Assembly (NCBI GenBank): GCA_965153285.1
Contig: OZ229116.1
Strand: one strand, 5' to 3'
Length of the DNA stretch: 64,000 nucleotides
Source: Podarcis tiliguerta
Taxonomy: Eukaryota
Within the stretch, counting starts at the first letter, position 1, and every line of letters starts with the position of its first letter. The position numbers and the translations under genes were made by a program. This document shows, in pieces, positions 22,700 to 35,947 of the stretch. The notes beneath the pieces were generated by a model. That model worked only from the letters and a program-made list of their open reading frames with translations. It searched no databases and was not told the DNA's origin.

Positions 22700-25560
22700 T
22701 GCTTAGCTTGGGGTTTTTGCGCTGCGTGTTTCTGCGTCCAAAATACTCCATATAAACTAATTTTAACAGGCAAGGAGGGGTCCCTGCGGCCTCTTTCCAA
22801 ACGGCGCCCCCTGGCGTTCGGTTCCAAGGGACTTTGTCGGAAGAAGCGAGCAAATATCTGGCTATGGGTTCGCTTACTGCTTGTCCTTTTGCTCCTTAAC
22901 TTTAGAAAAGGGGCAGTTAAGATCATGTGCTGGCGAAAACAAGCCTGCCATTCCCCCTTCAGCGAAAAAGCAAAGCCGAACAGGATGAAATTGACTCGGC
23001 GCCAATCTAGACCGAAAGCCTTCCCGGAAAGAAGCCGACAGGTAAGGCGGGAACCGGGAAGGAGGCAGTTTCCACGCGAGGGCGGAACTGCTACCCGCTG
23101 TGCAGGAAAGGCGGATGGAAAGGAAAAAAAGAGACCTTCGCTTTCTCAACCTTTCACGCCCGGCTAAGTATATGTGAATATACATGGACATAACCAGGAG
23201 ACTTTTCCAATCCGCTCCATTCCCAGCCCTTTTGCGCGTTCACGAGGATCGCCCGCAGACCTGACTCTCGCTCAGGCGGCTTCTCCTTTAGCCTTGAGGA
23301 CAGGCTCTCTTGCAGGGCTGGATGGACGGAGAGCCCTTTGCTGACCTAGGAAGGATCCAGTCGAGTACTTGGTGTTTGGAGGACTCTTGGGTTGGTGGAC
23401 GGGGGAAAATGCCAAGCCAAGCGCCCTGGGGTCACCGAGCCTCCACCATCCAAGCTCCCGTAGCGGGGATCCAGACTGCCTTCTACCTGGCCAGGGATTT
23501 GGATCCCTCTCCATCTACCCTTCCTCATGGTAGAGCTCACTCCTAAACCGCTTTCCCCGTTCCTCAGCACCAAGGATGACAGAGCACCTGTTTCCAATGG
23601 CCATGCCCAGCAATGCTCCCCATCCCGCAGCTGCTTTCCAGTTGAGCCTACCCCCCACCCCTCAGGAGGAGATGCCGACACGAAGCCCCCTCTCCAACCC
23701 CGGAGACACTCCACTTGGCCTGCTTCTCTTCCCGGAGGGACACCCCGTCGGAAAAATTACTCCACCCTGGCACCCTCCCTCCCCAGAACGGATATCTTCC
23801 TCCGGGCAGAGCCTCCAGGTCCCAAGAACCTCAAACACCTGTGGCTGGGCGACTCACCTGTGAGCGCCTGACTGAAAAGCTCCGGAAGCCCACACCAGCC
23901 CAAGTGGTAGGCGAGGGAAGTCGCCCCTGCAAGCTTTACTTACCGGGGGCTTCTACCAGTGTACCAGAAACACACACACACATCATTCAGGCAGCTGAGT
24001 CTGAGGCAGCTGAGCCCGCCCAGGCGAGCCTGAGCAGCTCCCCGTCCAGTCTCGGTGCAAAGTCCGAGGGGCTGCCGGGTACTTACAATTTCCCCTTCGA
24101 TCTCCGGAGCCGGGTGCAAATCTTTGCATTGCTCACATCCGTTCGCAGCGGGCTCTTCAGCCGGGGAAGGCAGCTCGCCCGCCATGCGCATGCGTCTCTC
24201 TGCTTCTCCTAGGAAGCCCGGGCTGCTGGAGCGTCCACACCCGGGCTCGGTCCCCAACTTCCTTTCTTCTCAGGCACCACAATGTCCAGGTGGCCGCCTA
24301 TCCTCCACCCCAGCGCCTTTCTGGTGAACGTGGAGGGGAAGACTGGAGAGGCCGGGAAACGGAGCCCGGGGACCCCAGAGACAGACCGTTCTCGGCCAAG
24401 CAAGCGCCTGCTCGCCTTCGCTGGCGCGATTCAGCACCCTGGACAGCTCCCGGCCAAGCGCTCTCTGCAGCGCGCCGTCATTTTCCCGCCTCCCTCGCCG
24501 GCTCCCCCCTCTGCCCGCCCCCGGAGAAGCGCCCTGGCTGTTGAAAACACCACACACGGGCACGTGCCCGCGCGGATGCCAGCCCAGGCAACGGACATCT
24601 GGAGCCACAAACATCTGCAGCAAACACATTGTGAAAACAGATGGGTGGGAGGGAGGGAGGGAGGGGAGGCGGGTAGCGAAGAGGGAGGCTCCGGCTTTGC
24701 TTCGGATCTCCCTCGGGGAGGAGAAATGGAGGGGTAAACAAGGTGTTTGTGCAGGAGAGATGAAAAGGCAGAGGCATTCATTTTGCCTGTCACAGCCACC
24801 CGCTCCCCTCTGACATCCTGACCGCTTTATCAGACGATCTAAACGGACGGAAGAACCCTTTTGGATACGGGCAGGGACGTCTCCATTCACTAAACCTCAT
24901 GAGGGCTTATTTTCTCTGTTAAAGAAGAAGAAATCAAATGCAATGTGGAAGAAATCGCGGCATAAATTGGATCTGGAGAAAAAGCCTCGCCTACCCACCC
25001 CTCTCCCTACAGCACGCTAGGTAGGCTTAAGTGCTAAACGGAACCCTTAAGAGCCTCTGTAAGGGAAACGCGCGGTTGCAAGGGAAAGCCCTGCCCCAGA
25101 TTTGTTTGCGGAGGCGAGGCGAGCAAAAGCGCCTTGCGAAGAGGCTGGCATGGAAGCGATCAGGTGATGCAGCTCTGCCAGGAGTCGGCTTTCAGGCACT
25201 GCCTTTCCTGCCTCTCTTTCCAGGGCTTCCTGGCTGGCGCTCGGAGAGGGCGAGAGAGCAGCGCTGTTCTCCCCAAAACTGAAATTGATTCGATGCATAA
25301 ATAACCTGGGCGTCACTTCCTCCTGCTTCTCGGGAGCTTGAATCAGGGCTCCCTGGTTACCGGCAGAGGCGAGCGCGTTCATCAAGGCAGCCGCGGCGAC
25401 CACGACAGCTCGCATCCTGTTTGGATTGGCTCGGAAACCCGAGATTCCGAGGAGGAAAAAAAGCACCGCCGCCACCAGCTTCTCGTCCCCACCGCTTCCT
25501 AGTCTCACGCCTAGCTCAGAAGCCGCGCTGCCCTTCCAGCTCTGGAAGGTCTCAAAGCTG
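22700..25560. promoter_or_regulatory. CpG island / promoter region of the RGS20 short isoform
   Basis: High GC and CpG density around the first exon at 24087-24191; NRF1-like TGCGCATGCG at 24185-24194. Confidence 0.8.
24087..24191 (-). CDS. RGS20: RGS20 short-isoform first coding exon, MRMAGELPSPAEEPAANGCEQCKDLHPAPEIEGEI
   Basis: ATG at 24191, 35 codons, then a consensus donor ATT|GTAAGT. Phase 0 matches the acceptor at 12315. Start resembles recalled human MRTADGGEPAG; lies in the CpG island. Confidence 0.8.
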
Positions 25561-25987
25561 ACCCCCACCTCCCTAAATCAGCTGCTGGGACTCGGGACTT
25601 ATTTACAAGCACATTTCGGATCCGGGTATCATGATATCATTGTTGCTCCACTCCATACACTTTTACTCCATGCCCTGAAGTTGCAACAAACCAAAAAGTG
25701 CTTCTGAACATGCCTTTCCTCTGAGGAACACAGCCCCTGATACAAAACACGGGGGATAATTGGGAGGCCCTTTGTGGTAGAGGAAAGGGTTAAAGCCAAG
25801 CAAAAACTTCCCTCTATAACCAGGCCTTTGGCCTTTAACTATCTGTGTGGCCTTTTGGAAGTGGGCGGGATGCTTATACTGTATTTCTTTCTTTTCTTGG
25901 TTTCAGTCTATCTGTTTGGGTTTTTTTTCCTGTTCGTTTTGTTGTTTGTAGGTCGTTTCGTAAGCCAGAAGAAAAAGAAAGACTAAC

Positions 25988-25989
<2 letters not shown>

Positions 25990-26030
<41 letters not shown>
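25990..26030. repeat. (AAT)n microsatellite
   Basis: Visible trinucleotide run. Confidence 0.95.
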
Positions 26031-26031
<1 letters not shown>

Positions 26032-26745
26032 GAAGAGCCTGGGCTCAGAACCTGGTTTACTTAAGAGTCATGTGCAAAGAGCCTTTAGCTGCTCACTGAG
26101 GCTGGCTCCTGTATTGCCTCAGTGGGGTGCTGCAGCAAATGTTGGGCTCATGACGTTTCCTCATACCATAATCGTAACCTTGATTCTAAGTCTACGCAAG
26201 CAGGCCCCACTTCTGGATCACCCCATTTATTCATTTATTATTCAATAATTATAGCAAATGGATTGTGTGAACATCTCTCAAACAAATGTACGTACATAGT
26301 CCCAGTTCACATTTAAGGTTATATGTACGGTGAGCAAAGGCACATAATCACCTGTTTCCACATCTCAATGTGTGTACATGAAGCCTATGCTCTGAGACTA
26401 TGTGTGATACTAACAGTCAATCGTCGCAGCCAGCTCCATGCAGCCAGCAGCCGGTTGAGGCCAGTGAGTGAATTCTAGTCAGGCTTGAGCACCATTGCCT
26501 TTCTGTTTTCGAAAACCAGCTTCATCTTCTGGGGCTGTATACTTCTGAATGCAAATATGTTTGAGGACAAGCAAAGGTGAAGGCTAATGAATCAGAGTGT
26601 TTTGTTCCATATGTTCTTACGGGCAAGTTTTCCTATTTAGAAACAAGTGTGTTGCACACAACCTCCTTAAAAAGAGGGGATTGGGATGTGGATGAGCTGC
26701 TCCTATTTCCCCCAGGGGGATCCTGTTCAAGCAAGTGGTACTCAC

Positions 26746-27054
26746 ATCACTGTGCTGTTTTGAGAAAGTCTTGTGTGTCCTGAATGCTGCTTCTTTACAT
26801 TTAGAGCATCTCAGGGGCTCCGAGGAGCTGCAGCTGCGTAAGGCCAGCTCTGCCAAGAGGCCTCCTAGTAAGGCGTCGAGCGGACCCAGAGCTGCCGCTT
26901 CCCTCCGGAGCAGAGTCCCTGTTCGGAAGGGTGAGATGTTAGAGAAAGGGGCAGCTGGCAGGGATGGAAGGCATGAGTGGTAGGCTAAAGGTTGAAAGCG
27001 TGGTCTGGACAAGAGAGGGAAGCTGGGAAGGAGGACAGAGAGGGATTGGAGAAT
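26746..27054 (-). CDS. RGS20: RGS20 long-isoform exon 2 (103 codons), ILQSLSVLLPSFP...LDALLGGLLAELALRSCSSSEPLR...KQHSD
   Basis: Long pyrimidine tract with ctag| acceptor and GAT|GTGAGT donor; 309 bp, open, phase 0 to phase 0. Weak similarity to recalled human exon 2 (LPALPAA...LSLLLGAALAL...GRPLR) at an equivalent position. Confidence 0.7.
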
Positions 27055-28993
27055 CTAGGGAGTTGGGTGAAAACATGGACAGAGCGGGGAAGGAAAGAGA
27101 GAGAAATACAAAACAAAAATTACCAAGATGCCCAGCTAGCTTGATCCAAGTTGCTTGGCTTTAACAGTACAAGCCTAACCATACCTACTCCCTGCAAAAA
27201 TATGAGAGGCCCCATCAGTATTGGCATTCCACAGGCTCTTGAGGACACAGCTGCTTAGGCCAGCATTCCCTGAACTTGAACTTTCTGATCTAATTGTTTT
27301 TAAACTGTTTTAAATATTATGCTTTACACTGGCATGTTTTACTGTTTATTTTAGTTATGGATGTTTTTAATGTGTTGATGGAACTGTTTAACTGTGTATT
27401 TCAATTATGCATGGATCTTACAATTGATCTTATACTTGTAAACTGCTAAGAAGCCGTTTTGGCATGCAAGAAGTAAACATATGTCAGGATCCTCTTTCAG
27501 TTTAAGGAAGAGGGTCAGGTACTGGAATAAACTGTGTTTGTTTAAACAAGAATCATGTTAATATAAAGCATGATAAACCAGCATCAACACTTCTCCTGAT
27601 CACTTCTAGGACACTTCTGCATCCTATCTTTTGCATCTCCTATTTCCAGATGTGGGCTTTAGAACTCAGATGGAAATTTAGAACAAGTCCTAAGAAAAAG
27701 AACGTACAAAATGGCCAGCCTCTTGTATCAAAAATTATGCGACTTCATGTGCTGGTTGGCTCTGTCATTGTTGCCCTCTGCTGGGCATATGTCTGGCTTG
27801 ATCTGATGGTGCCTAGGCATGTGTGCTGGTGTGACTATATTTTACTGAAAACCACCCAAGGAGCTTCATGCTGATTCATCCAAACTGTGTCGACAGAATC
27901 TTCAATCCCAGCTACAGTGCATATGTATAGCCATCAGCTCGTGTTTAAAATATTTTTTAAAAATGGAACTTGCATTCAATTGCTTCAGTTTAAGGATACC
28001 TAAAAGATCACCCCCCCCCTTGTATATCCAGACAATCACTGTTCTCTGCAAGTGAGGGCAACCTACAGATGCCATCTTATCAGGAGGTCTGCTCTCAAGT
28101 CTTTACAATGTAGAAACTGGGCATTTCGTGTTGTGGCACCTATCCTCTGAAATTTCCTCCCCTCAAATATTAGACAGGTGTCATCTCTGTTGTCTTTTCA
28201 TTGCTTACTGAAGACCTTCCTCTTTCAATAAGACTTTTTAGTCACGATCTTTCCCAGTCTGCATCTGTATTGGAATTATTTTAAATATATTTCAAATATA
28301 TTTTACCACTGGTTGTTTGCCACCCTAGATTGCTTTGGGAGGACAGGAGGGCTATTAATAAGTATAAAATAAAATAACTATATTGATTACAACGTAGACA
28401 ATGCCTGTTTTCTGCTGCCTACAACTTTAGAACTTTCCATCCAAATGTCGTTCATTTTTCAGGTATTGTACTACTCCCCTACGTCATCAGACATGCCACG
28501 TTTCAGGCCTGCCATGTTATCTTTATGTGATGGAGGTCCCCATGTTATAAGCGGCTAGAAACTTGTAGTATCTTCTTAGCTTCAATTTCCTTTCAGTGAA
28601 CACTTGTAATGTTGACATTGTCTATCTAAATGGCCTTAAATGTGCAATCACTGTGCTACTCCCCAAAGGCATAAAACCTCACAAGTTTCATATTGTTTTA
28701 TGCCTCAGATTGGAGTTTTCATTTCTTCTCATTTTTAAGAACACTCATCGATTGCCTCTACAGACTGAATTCAGTGTGTATCAATTCACAGTGCTTCTTG
28801 GGGGCTTTTTGCATATTTTTGAGCTAATTTACCTGTGCTTTCGTTGGACAGTTTAAATGTCTTGTCACTTTCAGAGCACACCAAGACCCCTTCTCCATCC
28901 TACAGAATGTTCCTGGATGCAACAGTATGCATCAGTTTGATAAGAAATGCAATGCAGCACCTCTTGTCAGTTTCAGGAACCAGTCCTATAAGA

Positions 28994-29125
28994 CAGGGCT
29001 TCACAAACTTTCCCTCACCATGGTCCACTTGAAAACTGCTGAGGATATAAGTAACAGTACACAGACCACATGAATGAAGCTCACAGACAACTGGTGGTCC
29101 ACGGACCACAGCTTGGGAGCCCCTG
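28994..29125. mobile_element. hAT (Charlie-like) MITE
   Basis: CAGGG...CCCTG termini with perfect 8-bp TSD CTATAAGA (28986-28993 and 29126-29133). Confidence 0.88.
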
Positions 29126-30423
29126 CTATAAGAAAGAGATGGGAGAAATGAAGGAAAATGATTCTATCCATTTCTTACAGAAAAACAAATTGTAGCACAA
29201 TCTGAACCCAAGATCCTCCAGGATGAGTGAATTTGGAGCACACAGACCCCTGGCTGGGCCAGCCAAGTCTGGGCTCAATGGGGCTATGCCAGTTAAGTCC
29301 TTCATGGCCATATACGTAGGGGGAAGTTCCCCATCCTTGGCTCAGCTGAGTCTCAGCTGGTGCTGGTCCTGGTCCTTGAAAGAGGGTGTTCCAGTGCTAT
29401 GGTGGAAGCAACCTTATATCCACAGGATCCAAAACTCCTTAATTCCAAGAGGTACCAAGATTGGGCACAGGGGCACCAACTCCTAGGAGCCCAGTTTGTT
29501 TGACCCCCTTCTATATATTTTTTTGGGTGGCTCCCTAGTGTTAAAAAAAGCAGGGGGCTATCCTGGAAAATGGCAGGACTGGGTATCTGGAATCCCGAAC
29601 AGAAGCACTCCACACTGCTTTTCTTTTTTGGTTACTATCCCACTTTTGATTTCCAATTCCATGTTGATTAATATGTCATGCATAACGCTTTTTGAAATAT
29701 TATTCTGTTTCATAGAATTGTAGAGTTGGAAGAGTTTAAATGAAACTTTAACACATGGCATGATAAAAGTCTGTATTTTTATCAGGACAAGTCACTTGTT
29801 TTTGTTTTTTTACTGTTGTAGCAATTGTTTTCTCAAAATTTATCTTCTGTACTACGAAAATAAATAAAAACAGTTTAAAAATTGATAGGGTACATTTTAA
29901 CATTTTCAAGGCAATCAGAAATCTTCACGTTTGGGAAAGCTACATCTGTTGCCTATCTTGGAGATATTAATGGTAAATGAATCACCGTGAGCTTTAAAAA
30001 ATGTGGCTAACTCCAACCTTGATTGGTTGCCTGGCTCCTAAATTGTAAACCCTTTCACTAGGAAATAGGAGCTTATAATGGAACCTGGCTTTATTTGAGG
30101 CTGAGAATTGGCCATCTGATGAAGAGTTCTGTATTGTAAGAGTCTTAATAATATTCCTCCATAAACAAAAGGAAATATGCATTTGCAGGTGATTGTGATG
30201 AAGAGCTTCCCCTTCTCTTTATTGTGCTTTTAAGGAGAATAAGAAGGTTCCATTATGGTTGCAATTCTAGGGACACTTAGGAGGAAGTAAACAGCACTGA
30301 AGAGAAGCAGAAAGGCATAGAAAAGGGCTGCATTTATACACTTAGGCTACAATGCTAAGTGCCAGGGGGATGGGGAACCAGAGGTGCTTGAACTCCCTTA
30401 TCCAGAAACAATTTCCATCCCAT

Positions 30424-30572
30424 TAAGAACTTAGAACCAAGGAAGCAGCCTTATACTGAGCCAGACCATTAGTCCATGGTGGTGGTTCACCAGCGGTCCT
30501 AGCCCTTCCTGGACATGCTGGACATTGAGCCTGGGGCCTTCTGCATGCAAAACAGATGCCACAACCCTTCCC
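30424..30572 (-). mobile_element. Squam3-like SINE (partial)
   Basis: ggaagcagccttatactgagccagaccatt...attgagcctggggccttctgcatgcaaaacagatg. Confidence 0.65.
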
Positions 30573-31995
30573 CAAAGGGAGAGAATTTCATTATGTCAGA
30601 TCCAAGGATGGTCCAGTTTTCTCCCTCACTTGGAGGCAGACTAAGAGACTGGGAAAACCTTTGGATCCATGCCATGCTCTGGTACACATCAATCCACTCC
30701 CTGGTACCACTTTTGTGGCCCTACTATCTATGTTGGATTTCCGGCATCAGTAGGGCAAGAGCCACAGAGGTGGTGGGGAGGAGGCACCTGAAACCAAATC
30801 TCCATCTTTGAGGTTGGACCCTCTTTCTCTGCCATTGGGAGAGGCAATTGTCAGATATAGCTATGGAGTCACCTTCGCAACACAGGAGATGCTACAACCT
30901 ACTTGGATGGGGATAGGGTTGCGGCAGGGCAGGGTGGCCCCAAAGGAAGGGCAACATGGACACCCCAGCAGTCAATCCAGCACTTCCACTGGTGTGCCGG
31001 TGCAGAACTGCCCTCCCTGCCCTCTCTAGGTATGCTGTAGCGAGCCCTGTGTTGGGAAGGTAGCTCCATGGCTCTGATCCACCACTCTGGCTGCTACTGC
31101 TGTAGGCCATAGGGCTGTAGGGTTGCAAAGCTACTTTCTGGAGGCCCCAGCTTTCTGGTAGTTCAAGACAGCCCTCCAAAATGTACCTCTTCACACAACA
31201 CATAATGTATGGAATTTACTGCAAAAGGATGTCTGATGGCCACTTGCTTGTGTGGCTTCAACAGGGATTAAACAAGTTCATGGGAGACAGAGCCATAGCT
31301 ATGAGAACCTCTAGGTTCAGAACCAGTAGGCTATAGAATAATAGCTACTAGGGAGCAAAAATGAGGCAAGGCTATTGACTCCACACCTTGCAGATTTCCC
31401 AGAAGCACTTTGTTGGCCTCTGTAGAGAGCAGGATGCTGGACCTTTGCTCTGATCCAGCCAAGCTCATGTTTGTTGAAAAAATGAAGCTATTATTTGTTA
31501 TATTTATCTTTTTAATATCACCTGTTTCCTATTTGCTTTTAAAGCACACACACATATAATGCCTTTAGGTCTCTGAGCATTATATAGGCCCCCAAAGTGC
31601 TTACTTTTAATCCGTGTTTCCAAAGTCCATATACTGCTGAATGAAGCAGTTAACAACAATTCAGTAAGATTTACTCTCCTGTCCTTTTCTGCTCCTTATA
31701 ACATTTTGTGCTTAAAAAAGAAGAAGAAGGTATAACACATCCAGTATATATAAAATGGGCATCAGGACAAAAAAGTACGCCCTGAAAAAGAACCATACAA
31801 AAACATGGAAAACAAAATCGTTAACAAGCGAAACTATGATAAGGGTACCTACAACTAATACTAGTGGCAGAGCAAAAATAGGGCGGGGGGAGTTTGAAGA
31901 GCACAAGGTCCAAATAAGTTTAATAATTCTTCTAAATGAATAACCCACTTGGCTAGAACAAGGCAATCCATGGTGTGAGTGTTGATATTCATTAA

Positions 31996-31998
31996 GAG

Positions 31999-32034
<36 letters not shown>

Positions 32035-32054
32035 TGAGAGAGAGAGAGAGAGAG
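31996..32054. repeat. Compound (GT)n(GA)n microsatellite
   Basis: Visible runs. Confidence 0.92.
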
Positions 32055-35000
32055 AATGATACCCATATGGTCACAAAATATTGTGCATGGCAAAACCCTT
32101 GGTGCCTTTAAATTTATGAGTTAGCATCTTCAAGGAAACCGTATTTTTATACCACATGCCCATTATAATGGTCAAGGAACCTTCCAGCCCTGGGTTGTAG
32201 TTAAATGGGGTGTGATTAGGAGGAACATAATCAATGGTTTGATTAGTAGGGTGTTTTTGTCTCCTTCATATATGGAGAGCAGACATAACTTTGGCTCTTT
32301 AACTGCCTGTTTACCAATTATGGATGTAATTTTCTCCATCCTTCAAACCCAGAAAACAGAAACAAAATGACAGCCCCAGAACATAAGCCGATAAGCACTC
32401 TTATCTGGGCAGTCTCACCAACAGCAATTAGAGCAAGCCTGGGCAGTGCGTGCGACCACAGATGCACCACTTTGAGAGAGTTCTGCATATTGGCAAAAGC
32501 TGAGAAGGGCTTGGTAGACCAGACCTCCCCACCATAAAGCTGGGCCTAGAGTTTCCCCCAGGTCTTCCACCCACACCACCTTCAAACTGTCAAATGAGGG
32601 GAACTGGCTTCTCAAAAGCAATTGATTAAAAGCAGAAGCCAGCTTCTTATGAGTTTTAATGTCTATATGAACCCGCTGGATGATGTCATTTGGGGATTTG
32701 GGTTTAAGTGTCACCAGTAGGTTGATGACACTCAACTCTCAACCTTTTAATATTAATCATCTAACCCTAGAGAAGTACTGGAAATTCTGAATGGGTGTCT
32801 GGAAGACAAACAATTGAAGATTCTTCTGCTCTTGGTGGAGGTTTGCAACTAATTTTGATTGGGATTGTATTCTCCCCTGAATTATCAAGTTCATTTGGGG
32901 GTTCCTGTACCTCACTTTGCCCCTGGATGGCCAGGTAATGTCAGTGGCCAGTTATTTGGAGAGGGCCTTCTTGGTGATGATTCTGTAGATATGTGTCAAA
33001 TTCTCTCACGGGGCAGGGATTGTGGTTCATCCAACAAACTAATTCCTCTTTGTGCTGTTAGGCAGATGTTGAAACCCCTTTTATTAATTCCAGAAGACAT
33101 TTTATAATTGAGCTCTACTGTCCTCATTTTATATCCTTTGGCTTTCATGCTTATGTGCTTTTAATCGGTTTCATTTATTTTGTTTTTTAAAACTATTTTT
33201 GCATTATCAGATTTGTCATTTTCTACTTATATAAGCCATTTTTGTAGGTGGGGGAGTGTTTTTTTTAAAGCAGGGCATCTTAAAAAAATAAATATAAGGT
33301 ACCACTTGAAATTACAACCAGAATGAGGTTCTGTGTTTGCAATTCAATTATACCACTTCTAACCACAACAAAAACAACTTTTAGTTTGAATGAATTTCCT
33401 GGAAGCTGGAAAATATTCTGTTTACAGAACAGACAGAGCTATCATGTACCTAATTACGACATTGTCTTATGCATTTTAATTTTCAGTTCATTCCCTCTGA
33501 AAGTACAGTTTAATGTGCATATGACTAATGCCTGTTTGGAGTTCATGTTGCTGAGGCATACCAGATTTTCACATGTCAGAAATTCCTTATTCATTTTAAC
33601 TAATAAGGAAAGAAGGAGAGAAACTCATCACTAACCTTAAGGAGAAATAGGGAAGGGAGAAATGTGTCTTTCTGGAACATCCTGTTGACTAAATGATGTT
33701 GGATTAAAGACTTAAAAGTATTGTTCCATTAATTTACTTTATAGCTGTTGAAACATCTACTGAAAAGTTTGTCTTGGAACTCTCTTGGAACTGAAATTAA
33801 GGAATGCCAAGAGCAGCATTTCTGGGAAAGGACTCATACCTCATGAGCTTAACGTATGTGCATTGAAGAAGTAGCTATTGCAGTTCTGGCAGCTGGGATT
33901 TGCAGTGTAGAATGCCACAGTTCAGGGCTCCAGACAGCAGGCGACTCCAATCCCTATTCTTCTCCCTATTTACCGCTTTTTCCTCCTGTACAGTCAATTA
34001 ACATTTCATGCCCACTGAGCATACTCAGCCCTCATTAGGCTGCAGCATTTTTGGACCTTGCATTGGTTCATTCCTCTAAACCATTTCTCTAATTCTTCAC
34101 ATCTTGGGGTTCCCACAAGCCTGTTAATAGCTTTTTCTTGGACCTGGGTGGTGTCATTCTGATCACATAAGAACAGGCATTTGCAAGATGAGGAAGTAGT
34201 GGGTAGCAGTGAGGAAGAGAGGTGCCCACTGTGGGCAACTTGCCCTTGGGCCCCTCAAAATCTTGAACTGGCAACTCAAGATAGTGTGCAACAGAGATGC
34301 ACTCTCCAACAGTTTGAATGTAGCATGACACATTTGCCCAAAAAAGTTGGCAAATCTTGAAATAAGGCAGGGCAGGGAACCTTCCCTGGCCAGTGGGCCA
34401 GATCTTTATCTCAAAACCTCTGTCGGTTCAAATTTGACATTCCCAATGGTTAGGACTTTGAAGACCCTTTTGCAAGCAGTGCTGTGCTGCTCTTTGCATA
34501 TCCAGTTTTTAAGGCTTCAAAGAGCAGCATTGGGAGAGAGAAATGGTTTCCGCTGAAGGTGCTGATAAAATGACATTTCTCCTTCATTTTAGCAGATGCT
34601 CTACCATTGAGCTATGGTTTCCCCCCTGAACTTGCCGCTCCTTACAGCCCTAAAAACACCATGTGTGCAGCACATATCGATCTGGTCCTTTGGTCACACT
34701 GGTTGCGGTAAGATTTTTCCAAATGATAATCTGAAGGCAATGTGAAATTTTGCATTACTGAATTAAAATCCTCCAGCAGGTGTCACTGTAGGCATAGTCA
34801 AAGTAAGCAGAATCATTATGGCAAAGACAATAGCAGAAATGTTTCCTGTCCTGGAGCATTTTCGTATGCAGGGCTTATACTGCCTTTGGGACTTCTCAAG
34901 TCATCTGTGTGAGCACCTGATCATATTCATAAGTGGAAGAGGATCAGAAGCGAGCAATTTGCAATACAAATCAGCATTCCAGCTAATGGAACGTTTATAC

Positions 35001-35415
35001 TCCAAACTGACTAGAGCAAGAACTGCCTGAAAACACAAATAGTCCCCTTCCTGCTTTTGAGCACCTGTATTTCAAACATAAATACATTTACTTAGAACTA
35101 AGTCCCACAGATGCTGTATCCACACAAGGGCATCAGTGAATACGGCGGTAAAGTTTTTCTGTGCGTGCTTTCGTCAATGCACAAGCACTTTCAATTGTAT
35201 TCCCCCAATATCTATCTTGATGTTTCCTGACCTGTCCAAACTAGTGGGCAGTACTTGATGGGATGTATTTCTGCTGTGTGTTGTTGTAGCGAAAGGGGAA
35301 GCTCTGGTGATTGGCTATAGTGTGCATTCTTATAGGGCAAAAATGAATCCCTATGAGAGAAGCACAAAGGAAATTTGATGATATGGCTAAACCTTAACTG
35401 CTGGTCACCTAAAAT

Positions 35416-35544
35416 CAAGGCTTTTTTTAACAGCTGGAACTCAGTTCCAGCACCTCTCAGGTGGGTGCCGTTGCTATTCTAAGAGAATGAGGGAGGTGTT
35501 CATGGTGAGTTTCGGCACCTATTTTTCTAGAAAAAACCGTACTG
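35416..35544. mobile_element. hAT-type MITE
   Basis: Flanked by CCTAAAAT/CTTAAAAT (7/8 TSD); reverse-complement similar to 11169-11305. Confidence 0.75.
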
Positions 35545-35721
35545 CTTAAAATTAATCACAAGATCATATAGGTTTTATTTAGGGCAGCCACTTGCATATC
35601 ACAAACAGATGAGGCTACATATTTGCATAAATTTGCAGGTGCTAACTGACATGCATAGCTTCAGATTGAGAAATCACTGCTGAAATTTAACAATCCATCT
35701 CATTATTGGGGAGAAGACTGT

Positions 35722-35947
35722 GAGGGTTTGTCCACACTTCTGCTTGTCTGGTGCGTAGAAAACATGGGTCCAAGTAGTTTTCCTGTTGCCCTGGTCCTTT
35801 CCCAGGGAAAACTCGCTCTTCAGTGCTAAATCAGAGCAAATGTCAATCTGGAGAATATTTGAACTGCCATTTGCTCCTATTGAGCACTAAAGAGCAGTTT
35901 TCCCCAAGGGAAAGCAACAGGGATGAGAGGAAGTGTGGGTAAGCCCT
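35722..35947. mobile_element. Foldback MITE (possibly PIF/Harbinger-like)
   Basis: AGGGTTTGTCCACACTT...AAGTGTGGGTAAGCCCT termini and internal inverted arms. Superfamily is a guess. Confidence 0.6.

Noticed and set aside
22582-22926. ORF containing FARFF, resembling LARFF in human RGS20 exon 2
   Set aside because: Only a short word match and it lies on the wrong side of the short-isoform exon. A better exon 2 candidate exists at 26746-27054.
24270-25568. Many 100-200 aa ORFs in the RGS20 CpG island
   Set aside because: They overlap in several frames, show no recognisable homology and reflect low stop-codon density.
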